Below, piece by piece: positions 1 to 12,500 of a DNA stretch of 64,000 nt. The notes beneath the pieces are model-generated. The model worked only from the letters and a program-made list of their open reading frames with translations, searched no databases and was not told the DNA's origin. Where the stretch lies: the NCBI GenBank assembly GCA_030141605.1, contig JAQGDQ010000455.1, positions 63,750-127,749 of the forward strand. The letters run 5' to 3'. Position 1 is the stretch's first letter. Each line of letters starts with the position of its first letter. The stretch comes from Tubiluchus corallicola (Eukaryota > Animalia > Priapulida). A program made the translations under genes and the position numbers.

Positions 1-799
1 TCTTGTTATAGGGAGAGAGAGAGAGTATAAATATATATTGGCTAGTTATAACAATAACATAATGTGGTCAAACTATTACTCTTGTCAGGGAGATTGGAAC
101 AAAGAAGCCTAAGATTGCTACCATGATAGGCCACCCTCTAGTGTCACTAGAAGCTCGTGTGTTAGTGAATGTGTACGTAACATGTGTCAGATTTCAGAAT
201 CTATTGTTGCATCACTCACCCTTGGCGGCAGTGATTTTCAACCACTTCATAAAATCAAAACTTTTTAATGTTATCCGAAAACCAGTCCTCATACATACAC
301 CAAATTACAATAATAGGCCCATCTGTTTCTGCACACCTGCAGCTCTGCATGGCCGGTTAAATAAGGTCGAAAATGTTTGATAACAGTAACAATAACTGCT
401 GTAGTTCTAGAACGTTCGCACAGTTTGATGCAGAACACTTCTTATGTGGTCTTATGCTTTGTAAAAGTTTCAGAAACATGAACAGTATGTGTCTGTTTCA
501 TTATCTCCTTCGAAGACAAAACGCTGTGTCTGTATTTGCATTATGACTGTACGTTGTTGACATACAGCGTTACATTAAAGCAAGCCTTTGAAATAGCAGT
601 CTTCAGATGTCGTTTTCATTCTGACACCTCGTATTTAAAATGACATTGATTGATGTACAGTTTGTATCAGATATGGTACTACTATTTTGTGGAAATGTTT
701 ACTTAATTTGAAACCCATTGTATTAGCTTTAAAATAAGCTAAAGGCATGGCAAGGCAAGGTAATGCAAGGCAAAGATATATTTATTTATCACCTGCAGG

Positions 800-1145
800 C
801 AGGGGCATCGTGCACCAAGAAAAACTAGGGGGCCCGACTGTATATAATGGCGGAACTTAACTGTTTAAAAAACGTATAATTTTGAATTTCCACACCAGTA
901 TTTTGCGTGCAAGAAAAACGATTTATTTATTCCCAACTGGCATTTAACTTAAAGCTATAGCTACAGAAATTTACTTAAAATTAAAATTTAATTAAGTGTT
1001 TATTAGCTGTATTATTAATTTAATTTAATTTACACCTTATTGGTCTCATTACAAGCCTCCGAAACCCTTAAAATTTTTGACATTTTCTAAACAATTGAGG
1101 GGCCCAGGACCCCCCCCCCCCGGCCCCCATAGCACAACGCCACTG
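800..1145. mobile_element. non-autonomous hAT-type MITE (346 bp) with 8-bp TSD
   Basis: Perfect 8-bp direct repeat CCTGCAGG at 792-799 and 1146-1153. TIRs CAGGGGCATCGTGC / revcomp CAGTGGCGTTGTGC (11/14). GGGGCCC subterminal motifs. Confidence 0.85.
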
Positions 1146-1331
1146 CCTGCAGGTTTAACAGTACATGGAAACGTCTAAATATTCTTCAAATCTAGTAAAG
1201 CAATAGGTGTTTTGTAGTATATATAGAGTAAGAATGTGACTGTTGTGGACAAAGCGCGGAACACTATTACCATTTTAGTTTAGCGTCAGATGTTTTTAAA
1301 TGATTACGTAATTTACTTTTAAAATTTTTAG

Positions 1332-2352
1332 TGGAGGCTGCTAACAGAGTGAGGGAAGATCAACAACGTCAAGAAAAGGAAATGCTGGTAATAAGAAAAG
1401 TTAAAGATGAACTGGATGACAAAAGAGCATCAGAGAAGAAACTAAGAAATGAACAATATCGGAATGATTTGCTAGACCAAATAGAACACAATAAACTAGA
1501 AAAATTAAAGGTGGGATATTTATTACATTCACGATATTTGTTTATACATTTTGTAATATAGTATTTCTGTATGGTGTGAAGCCAGCTGTGTGGTTACGAT
1601 GTGTTGTCTGCTACAAAGTTGAGCAATACCAATTCTGCTTAGTAAATGGACGAGTGATTGTCAGGAAAATTGTTTTTGGGTAGTTTCATCTGCAGTACAG
1701 TTTCTTGCAGAAGGATTACGTATAATTATATATATATATAATTATACGTAATCCTTCTGCAAGATATATATATATAATATATACAATAATATATACCATA
1801 TATAAAACATAGAAATATATCTGAATGTGGATAAGATGCTCCTGTCAATTCATTATCTTCTAAGGATTATAATCAGCTAAGTTCCAGTCACGACATACCA
1901 TTCAATATTAGGTAATAGTCGGCCCTGCTACTGAGATTTGGATTATGACTTGCAGTGCGGTGAACTCATAAAAAATGAAGTTTTAGTGGAAGTGAATTTA
2001 GGACTTGTGTCTTACTTTTTACATTGTACATGTTCCTCAGAGAAATGAGGCATTTCTTCATTGGAAAAGTTTCACTAGTGACTAGAAACACCCACGTTTC
2101 TAACGATTATTATATTATTGCTTTAATTATCACTAAACGCTTAACATAAACACACAAAGATGTGCACACAGCATTTTCAACACTGTTCACTGTTTCATAC
2201 AGGAGGATGTGGAGAAGGAGAGAGAACTATTGGCAGGTAAAAAGAGAGAATCTTATTACAATCAGAGACTGGAGGAATACCTGAAACACAACACAACTAC
2301 ACCAGATCTTCGTGCTGCACTAAAGAGAGGGCAGCTAGAACTTTATGAATAA
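1332..2352 (+). CDS. CFAP53: 3' end (last two coding exons) of a cilia/flagella coiled-coil protein, CFAP53/CCDC11-like (TPH-domain type); 5' part lies outside the window
   Basis: Exons 1332-1510 (ttttag|TG...AAG|gtggga) and 2203-2352 (catacag|GAG...TAA) join in phase 0. Translation ...KLRNEQYRNDLLDQIEHNKLEKLK|EDVEKERELLAGKKRESYYNQRLEEYLKH...ELYE*. It is E/K/R/Q-rich, and the pattern Y..(D/Q)L..QI...E+RE..AG resembles the CFAP53 C-terminus as I recall it. Exon structure is solid; the orthology call is tentative. Confidence 0.6.
1581..1670 (+). repeat. degenerate 5S rRNA-like SINE fragment, possibly a tRNA/5S chimera
   Basis: AAGTTGAGCA..TGCTTAGTA..TGGACGAGTGA..CAGGAA has the spacing of the 5S internal promoter (AAGCTAAGCA..TGGTTAGTA..TGGATGGGAGA..CTGGGAA) but is heavily diverged. 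Confidence 0.3.
1703..1764. repeat. perfect 62-bp palindrome centred on (TA)n
   Basis: TCTTGCAGAAGGATTACGTATAATTATATAT is followed directly by its exact reverse complement. Confidence 0.95.
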
Positions 2353-2501
2353 GTCCTACTACAGGAATTATACAAGATATTATGCTAAATGCACTGTAGT
2401 ATGCATTGTTATGTGCATTTCGTTTTAGCAAATGAGATCTTATTTAACACTTTTCTTTTTAGGCAATGTTGTGCATTTGTTTGAGTGGTCAGCTGTTGCC
2501 A

Positions 2502-2507
2502 AATAAA
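2502..2507 (+). promoter_or_regulatory. candidate polyadenylation signal of the CFAP53-like gene
   Basis: AATAAA 150 nt after the stop, followed by TTGTTTGTG; a second AATAAA lies at 2613-2618. Confidence 0.4.
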
Positions 2508-5024
2508 TTTATATCAAAAATGTAATTCATATCACATTGTTTGTGATTTAAAGCAAGAATACTGTAATTATTTTTTGCGTTCTCCAATCACATACAGTTT
2601 AAATTACACATCAATAAAATTTGTATGTTACTATGATTGAATGAAAGTAGTAGTAGTGCCAAAATAGTATCTGTCATTGCAAAGATCTGTCATTCCAGTA
2701 AATTTTTTTTTCATGGAGTGAAAGAACGTCAAAAGCAGAGTATAGCTTGTACCATTAAACATTGGCTTGTCGCATATACTAAATTGCAGTTCTATCAAAT
2801 TCCATTTATTACTGGCAAGAAATTTAGTAAAACAGATTTACATGGTTATATAACATTGTACGTATAAAGAGGAGAGAAAGAATTGGAAATAGAAAGGTCT
2901 TCAGGTTTAGGATGCCATCTCTGCTACTTTAAAAAAGGGAGAGAGAAAAAATAGCTCCAGTTAGCAATTGTACTGGCAACCACTTTTAATGTGAACATTT
3001 CCATCATCAAAACAATGACAACTGTTACCGTTTCCTTACAAAAAAGAAAAGCTAGAAAAGCAACAAAGTCATTTCTCAAGCATCTGTCTGGTTATTTATT
3101 TTTATAGAAAAACAAGATTATTTCATGCTACAACGTAAACAGCATTTACAAATACAGGAAGAAATACCTTGTTTGTTTTAAGTAAAAACTGAAACAAACA
3201 AAAAGTATACACAGCAGACTTATTTAAAATCGCAGTGAGGTGCATATGGAAAAAAGCAAAACTAAAACTGCAATAAGTTTACAGCAAAATACAAAAGCCA
3301 TGCTGGACCATATAATCATTTCAAACTGTTCATCATCAAGCAGTTGAAGCAAACAAATCACTCTAAAAACTAATCATACAATAAAATAATGAATGCACAA
3401 TCACCTATCTATAAAAATTTACTTAATTTAAAACTGATTAAAATGTTGATTTGTGTGTCATACAAAACAAAATTAAGAATGTGACATTTGCAATTCCTGC
3501 ATAATGCCCATGGCCCAACTTACAGCATATTATATTATGCTGCAGTTGAATATCAGTTGTAAATCTACTACCAATAATATTTAAATCACATAGTGTTTAC
3601 ATAAATTACAACAGTGTACAATATCAATGTTAACAAATATAGACACACAGTAACTTAATTTCATACAGCACTACAATAACAACAGTTACAAGAGAATTGA
3701 TACTGCCCATGGATTAAATTCATAATAAGTGCTTATTACACTGTCATATAATCACCCTATCAAAATTATCTCACATTCAATAGCACAAGTGAACTGCTAA
3801 ATTTAAAATTTGATTCAAACTTAGTGCTAAGTAAATGCCCAAGACTTAGGAAGACCATTACTGTTAAATTACTGCCAAAACTTTCAATATGTATATGGAC
3901 GACAAATATATACAATTATCAATAGCAGCATGGTATGTTAGTGAGTAACTATGATAACAAACCAAATGCCGCATTATTGCGTATTGGTTACAAATGTATT
4001 GTGGATACCAGTTTTGCTGTTCTGAAAAACCCCAAAATATAAAAAAATTTAAATATTTGAGTCTTGAGTACACATTAAGGAAACAATAGTGCCTAGCAGG
4101 TTGTTGACTTGTGTAAAATTGTAAAATTTTGCAATGCTAATTAAACAATCTGTTCCTCGTGAACGAAATTAAAAAGTAACAAAACATTGCCAACTTGCAC
4201 TGATCTAAGTTCGACATTATAAATATAATTTGAACATGTTGCAACATCTGGCCTTTAATTTGTATTATGCTAAAATACCTACAGAACAATAAACAAAAAT
4301 GGCAACTATATTACGAAAGCAATGGATGCAAAATATACACAAATATTTTTTTGCTTTCAATTGCTATAAAATAACCTCACAGTACAACAAAGTACGACAT
4401 GCTTAAAGAGTAAATAGCATTAATAATCCGCTATTATATACACATTAGTCATAATATTTATAGACTCCACAAACAGTAGTTCATAGTGCTTATATTCTAC
4501 ATTGTAGTTTGTAGAACACAACAAAACAAAAAATTTAAATGTTCTACAACTGTGGGCATTTGACTTGTCACATAACACTCTCAAATTTGAGACCAACTGA
4601 TCATTAAAATTGCCACCTCCCCCACAACTGCCTTGTCAACTTTCTACTTGCTAAGAGACTGCAGCAAAGTGCAGTCTATCACACATGATTAAAGGTTCAA
4701 TCGTATTGTCTTCTTAGTAGTACATTCACGTTTACACCAGATTTTAGTCAGGCATTATGCTGCCCTGATAATAAAAAATATACACATAAAATTATGTCAG
4801 CTCAGCAGCTAGATTAATCAACAATTGCGTTGGCCAATCAAACAAAATTCCCTAGTAAAGTCAAGAGATGGAAAATTCTAGAATCATGGAAGCATGATAA
4901 ACGGAATATGATTAAACATGGCACAAAATGTAATCTCAAAAGTAACTGGAAAATGTAAGATAAACAAAACACAAATTATCAACAACAGTTATAGAACCTG
5001 ACTCCTCTGCATAGAAGTGTATTT

Positions 5025-5302
5025 GCCACCAAGGGCGCCAAATTCAGGAAGCAATTCTTCAATTTTTAAGTTTGGTTTAAGTAATAGCATAGTGTATGTG
5101 TAATTCCTCAAGTGCATAACACTAATTAAATTAAATGAAACCAAGTTACATTATTTTCCTGTCCAAATGCAAGATTAAAAGATGCCAGCAAGTGTCTTCC
5201 CATAGCAAAACACTCTACTTTTTTCTATCTGTTTTCCTAAGATATTAGGGGGCGCCAAAAATACTTTTGCCTAGGGCATCAATCTACGTAGAGCCGGCCC
5301 TG
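5025..5302. mobile_element. hAT-like MITE fragment in the ARNT 3' region
   Basis: GGCGCC/CCTAGGGC subterminal motifs ending in GAGCCGGCCCTG (revcomp CAGGGCCGGCTC, a typical hAT TIR). The other end is not clearly preserved. Confidence 0.4.
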
Positions 5303-5708
5303 TTTGCCGTACATTCGAGTACAAAAAAAGCAAAGAATATAAAAAAGAATAAATACATCAGATAAGTGCATAGCCGAATAAAATGGGTCTGACTGTTAGA
5401 ATTTTTACATGCAACTTGTATATGTGCAGAACTGATACACAAACAACTCGTTGAAATATTCAAATAATATAGTCCTTCACAAGGCCAAATAAATCACTTA
5501 TAAATACGAAATAAATATACAGCTGCTATGGAATGAAATAGCATTGCATACACATCTAGTTTGATTTAAGAATAACTGCACGATAAAACAAAAAATACTG
5601 AAATAATTGTGCGCCAAATGAAGAAAATTATTGGACAGGACAAAATGGTGCATAGGGCTATATGATTAATCGTAATACTGCCTATTGTTTCAGGTGGCGA
5701 TGGAAATA

Positions 5709-5901
5709 CAGTCAAACTTCTGTATACCGCCTATTTGGGGACTGCAAAAAATGCTGGCGTTATAGCGAGTTCGGTATTATAAAGAGAGGCGTTAATACAT
5801 ACAAGTCTATGCAAATATAGACATTTTGTTTAATGAAAACTTTGGGCAGTAAACGAGTTTGGCATTATAAAGGGAGGGAGCATTATAACAAGGTTTGACT
5901 G
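5709..5901. mobile_element. Tc1/mariner-pogo type MITE (193 bp) with TA TSD
   Basis: TA|CAGTCAAAC ... GTTTGACTG|TA with internal TTATA repeats. Confidence 0.8.
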
Positions 5902-6522
5902 TATTGTCACTAAAGTTACCTACACACACTACCTGCTGCAGTAATTAGTTACACTCAATAGTAATTTGAAAATCCTGCAATCTCAGCTACAAAAAATTCT
6001 TGCACGTTTCACCCACCGAATTGTACAAACAGATTTAGCAAAGGATATTTCTAAATGCAGAACAGCTACTCTTATGAAGTCATTTTTTTTCTACAGGCTG
6101 CAGCCACTTTCATTTGCAGAATTCTAATCAATTTTTTGATTTTCTTGAAAGTTTTAGTCCCTTAGCTAAGTGGTCACTAGCTTACTTAGACCGATCTGTA
6201 CAAAAAAGTAAAACAGTGATCAATATTAAGACTTCTCGACCATTTTTAATGGCGCTGTTTAGTTCTTTTATACATTTCATTTTTTTCGAAAAGTCTACAA
6301 ATAGATTAAATAAAATTGTAGTCACACATATCAATTCCAAGTATCAAACCTAACTTTTGTGAGTCTCAGCTACCCATGACGTTAGAAAATTAATAATACA
6401 AAGACATATGAATATAAAGTACTCAGTAATTAAAGAATCTATAATACACTGAACGCAGGCACCTGGAATTGAACTTCATCCATTAATTACCAAGCACTTC
6501 CATTTTATTCCAAAGACAATAC

Positions 6523-9500
6523 CTAGTGGTCAGTAAAAGGGTTAAACATGTCATCATCAAGTACAGGCTGGTCCAACATGCGGAACACGTCTGGAAACTG
6601 TTCACCTGGTTGCACAGTACTAGGTTGACTTGTGGTCGACGGTCGAGCCTGCAGCGTAGCTTGCGATGATGGCTGATTGCCAGAACTCTGACTACCTGTA
6701 AATATGCATGCCAAGCAATTAGTCATTTACTAGGCTCCAGTAGACGTTGATCAAAAAATGTAACAGCGATTACCAAAATTTCTTGATCATGATATGGTGT
6801 AATTTTTGGAATCATGATCTTCTTTATTAATGTGAGCTTATAAATACTAGTAACTGGACAAAAAAAATGGCTTTCTGCTATAACAGATCACAATAATAAA
6901 ACAATAAGTAGGCTAATATTTGCTTCAGTTCTTTTATAATCAATGACAAGTAATGCATTAAATAAAAAATGAACATCAAATAATCATTGCATAAGGTTGT
7001 AGCCTAGAATTAAATTGTTCTAGGTAAAGGAATTTTTAAAATAAAATTTCACGGTAGAGTTATAACGCTAGAGCTTCTGTTTATTGTGAAGATTTGGAAT
7101 ATAATATTCGTTTACAGAGTAGTTAAGAATCACAAAAAAGAAAGAAACATGAGTGTGAATGAAGTTAATTTATAAAAAATTGTCGTTGTCAGTATTTACA
7201 GTTGTTACAGACTTATGTCCCAAGCTGTTTGTAACAGATTTTTATTTGACTAGTGAGCTTTAGCAGCATGTCAAGAATTTATACAACTCAAAATGCAAAA
7301 ACACTGCATAAAAACAAGCAGAAATTTCAGTTACGTAAACTAAAAATAAGAGCTAAAAGGTGTTTGGCACTTATTATTCATCACTATCTAGCCTTAATGA
7401 AAAAGAACTTTGCTGTTTTTGTTAAGAAAACCAGTTATGAACTGTTTTGTGAAATGGAATTTAAGTGCGAAATTGAACATGGCAAATTTTGTTTGTGAGT
7501 TGAAAGTATGCGACACTGATTACAACGAAAAGAAATTTCAATTTGAATGACATTTATTTTGCTTCCAAAGAACTTCTGAGCTTGAAGCACGTTTCTTCTG
7601 ATAAATATAGACGATCTTATTCTAATATTACCAATAATACAGACAAACTTGTCCTAATGTTAATCAACAATAAAGAGGATCTTGTCCTAATGTTAATCAA
7701 CAGTGTTTATATCCTGCATTGAAGTGATGTCCCTATTGATAGTTTGGCTTACCAGAGTTCTGCGTCCATTGCTGAGACCACAACTGCTGATCTTCATGAG
7801 AACTGCCAACACGTTGTGATAGAGATGGGTATGGTGAACCAGCAGCTGACGCTGAACTGTACGGGACAGATGAGTAGCTAATAGAAGATTCACCCTGTGC
7901 CTTAAACAAAGAAGAAAATGCAAGAAAACGTTTCTGTAGTATGTGAAGAATAACACAAACAAGCTCACAGTTTGTGATTAAGTTGAAATTTTTTTTCGGA
8001 CTTAAGATTCATATATAGTTTATTTCCATGTATTCACTTTAGAATAAATTATTACAACAATAATATTTAGTAAATAAATATATGGAAAGAGGATGTATGA
8101 AAGACCAAGGCCATCAAGTCAAAACACCTTAAAATTACATTACTTTCAATTGTTTTTTTTTAATTTCCGGCATATACATATTTAGCAAACACAAAAAATG
8201 TACGTATATAACTTATAGACGATAATTACGATTTCAAATTATTGTAAATATAACATACAATGTAGTCAATAACTTAGTAATATAAATAGATCAAATATTA
8301 AAACAGTGTCTGGTAAAAACTCAAGAGTAATGTTCATAGTATAATATAAAAATAGAATTAAACACAATTTTTTGTTTCTACCAAAAATACCAATTTCATT
8401 TTGAATCAAAGAATATTAAATAGTAGTAAAAAATACACAAAAAGCAAAAGGATTTTGGGCTGTATCTCATGCATATAAATGCTGACACAGTCAAGTTAGA
8501 ATAACATTATATATGTATAAGACAGAAATTTGCCAATTTTGATTTCATTTTGAATTTTTTAAAATATATTTTTAATTAATGCCCAATAACTACGGTTACC
8601 CACCTGTTCCCCAGTATTGCTACCAGCATAAGAAATAGCTCCACCATGTCTGCTGTTAGGGTACCCTTCACTGTACAGATCTGCAGGTCGTGACGGCTGT
8701 TGAGAAGCTGAGTAAACAATTGCAAATATGTAAAATAAATTCTTTCATTTGAACAAGTTCTATACGCCATAGAAATTGTGACAGTAAAGGAGCCAGCCGA
8801 ACATCTTTCGAGCACAGTAATTAGCAACAAATGTTTATTGGTGTATTTACAAGTCTAGTAGTTTTTTTAATTGTCTTTCTTCTGTAGATACTGCAGAAAA
8901 TAATTAGTAACACAAAACATCGAATTCTAAAACCAAGAACATAAAGAACGCAATTTCATTACCCTATTCTGTTCAACAATTCAGGTAGAATATTCTTAGT
9001 ATCAATTACTTAACAATAGCTAAAGCAATATTGGTTTTTGCAGTTTCTAAACTGAAATGCAATAGTAGTAGCAACTACAGAAACAAGACAGATGCACAAT
9101 GGTGCATGTAAAAATGGCACAGTAAATACAAATGACACACAAAAAGGGCACAAATGAAAAAAACAGGAAAAATGGCACACCTATGAGAGGGGTTTATGAA
9201 TTTAGAGTTATAGTTACTGACTTAGGATTACAGTTCATGCATTACCAATTCTAATTCTATCTAATGAACAAAATATTTTGCAGGTCCTTTGCTAGAGTAT
9301 AAAATACTTATACAGGTATATTTTTGCATGCTTGTTTGTTTATCTTTATTTTTGTTTTTCCTATCAAAACAATCAGACGAACAAGTTTTGGATTTTTCGA
9401 CCTTGTCAGAGATCTGCTTCCTCTGAGCTGATTCTAGACTTATTATAAAATTATTAGCATCAAAATAAAATATGTGCCAATATTCCTACTTTTCAATTTG

Positions 9501-12500
9501 TGCCATTTTTCCGATTCCATTTTTACCTGTGTCATTTTTACTTACATTCTTGTACAATAAAACAACATTAAACCTTCTCATTTCAAGTAACATAATGGCA
9601 GCCATCATTATCACAAAAAGGTGGCTGTGGTATCTCAGACTAAAAAACACTACCTTGCATATTCCGGTTCATGTACATAATATCAGAATAAGGAGCATTC
9701 GGTACATTAGGTGCAGTATAGTTTAATGGCCTAGCAGTGGATGTTGATATAGGTGTTTGTTGCTCAGGCATTTGTTGATCAATCTGTTGTTGGATAGCTC
9801 TAAAAACAATAAATAAAATATATCAAAATAATTATGCCAGATTCTGAACTTTAGCAAAAGCCTAAGTGCTTGATAGCTATGTAACTATGTTCTTTTCTTT
9901 TGGTCATTACTACAGTATTACTGAATATCGCACAATTTGATTTGATTTGTCCACTTAAAAGAATCCTATGAACGTTAAGTTGGAAAACTAAAAATGTTAA
10001 ATTTTAAAATTAATTTCTCATTTATGTCTGACTAAATAATAATTTTACTAACTTCTGTCTAGCACTACACATGTACCTATCATTCACACCTGTTGTTCGG
10101 GTTTTAGACAAACTAAACTGATAAGTAAAGTGCTGAGCCATGATGTCTGGTCATAGATAAATTTTCCGTACAGAATGGACTTCTAACAGTTTTACTGTTA
10201 CAACAAATTTAGCAAAAAATGCAAAATTAAAAAGATGGAGACTGAATCAAGGTTAAATGAAGGCATTAAACTGATAAAGAAGGTAAATCAAAATGTTTTA
10301 ATCCAACAGATCATCTAACACTTGTAGTCATGACTAATAACAGTTGTGTTATTCAACCATCAAAATAATACCATCATGTTACAGTATTTCTCACGGATGC
10401 CTCACTGGACAAAGTTCATGCATGTAATGCAATGCTCAACTTACTTTGCAAGTGTGTTGGTAGCTACGATGTATTCAAGCTCTTCAGTGTAAGGATTCAA
10501 GAAAGCAAAACTGCTTGTTCTCATCGTTACAAATTCACCAGTTTTAGCTCGAAATCGATACATCACAGAGACGACCTGGCCTTTGAGTTTAACCACTGAA
10601 AACAGAAAAGTATGAAATCAATTTCACTGCAACACAGAAAGTCAGACTGATACAGGAGGTATTAAATCAAACTAATTATCATATAATTTACACTAATCGT
10701 CTGCAGCAGAGAAGGAAAGAAGTGCATGTAATTAGTATGCGAATAGTCATCAGAACCATATCAAAATAAAGGATGGCATTTCACAATAAACCAAGCGCAA
10801 AAGCAATTCATCCCTTAAATTACCAAAATAGAGAATAATTCAGGAGAGACAATCAATATGTTTTTATCTACACTATCTGCACAAGGCAGCAGTTTAGCAA
10901 ATATCAACATTATCCATTGTTGGTCAGAATAATAGCAGCATAGTGGGTATGGATATGATTTCTAATAACTGAAAAAAATGTGTTTGGTACACTACTAGTT
11001 CAATAAACTGAAAAAATTAAAAACCAAGTGGAAAGTCTAACATTGATATTTCACCAGGAAGTTTGCAGGTTTAAATACACAGAATACTATCTCGTTATTT
11101 TGTTTCTTACCTATACTTCTGCTTGAATTCAGAAAGATAGTGTCATGGCACAGGGTGGGGTTTAGACTGATAGTCAGTTCACTTAGTGACATTGTCTCAA
11201 AAAACAAGCACCAATACAATGTAACATAAAAATCATCTTTCCAGGAGTAGAATAATATACATTAGTAGATTCTTGGACAAATGTTATTGCATTCATGATT
11301 CTAATGCCTTGTCTTGCAAACTTATGTTACATCTTCCAGCTTAGATGAAGGAGCTACGTACCATAAACTCAGAAAAAGCGTATAATTTTTGAAACGCGTA
11401 TTTACAAAAACGAAATAAAGTCAAAAAATACTACCACACAATCTTAACCTATTTTGAAATCATGCCAAGTGATTTGAAACCTGTACATGGTTTAAAATTA
11501 TAGGTCTGTTTGCAAAGCTAAGTAACAGCACTTGCTTACAAAGCATGAAAGTAGATTCTACAGAAGTACATGTAAAAGAAAAATCACCTTGTTCAAAATT
11601 TTGTTTCATGTGTGCCTGGTCATCCATGTGATAGAAGTCATAGCAGGCTTTTCCAAGAAGTTCAACTGGTTCATAACCCAAGACACCTGTTACCCTGTAA
11701 TCAAGAAATATAGGACTAAGGTTCCAAGCTCAACCTTTGACAGTTTTAACATTGCCTAACCACATCATGAGAATAGCCCAAGACACCTGTTACCCGTAAT
11801 CAACAAATATAGGACTAAGGTCACAAGCTCAACCTTTCACAATTTTAACATTGCTTAACCACATCATGAGAATTTGCCTATCTTAAAGAGGAAGATTAGC
11901 ATATTACAAAGCATGTGTCAATGCGTAACTTTAACTGTTATTAAAAATACATATATCCATTTTTTTAAAAAAGAAATATGGCACCATTGTGCAAAATAAG
12001 TGCTTCTCGGTGCCTACTGAGTAGCCACCGAGAAGCACTTATTTTTAAATTTATAAAACAATGCATGCACAATAGTATATCAAAAAGTAACGCACGAGTA
12101 TAATAACGAATAAAATCATCACAGTACAAGTACATTGTTATCCTTAGTCTTAGTTTAGAAAAAACATTTTTGAGATCAGTAACAGAATAAGTGCAACAGC
12201 AATGTAAGTTCAGTTTAGAGAGAGTAGTATGCAGCTGACATAAATGATTTCCCAAGCCTTTCGATTCTACTTTTCCTGATTTTATGCGATTGCAAAAAAG
12301 CCTACTCAATATTTTTGTATCACAAATTACAACGATGGGCAGTACCAATAAGCGAGTACACTAGCAACCCTAATACTATTAACAACAGTGACATAAACTC
12401 ATTACAAACATGAATTTCGTGTGTTTAACAAAGGCAGCAACATATAAACATCGCAAATGTAACACAAAACTAAGTTTTCTCAAGCACCTTTGTCTATATT

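Noticed and set aside
7648-7702. Short tandem duplication CTTGTCCTAATGTTAATCAACA (a similar case at 15842-15902)
   Set aside because: Ordinary intronic slippage duplications of about 32 bp that do not touch splice sites.
7693-8830. ORF-track translations 7693-7968 and 8576-8830
   Set aside because: They overlap real ARNT exons in the wrong frame; phase-consistent frames give S/Q/P-rich transactivation sequence.
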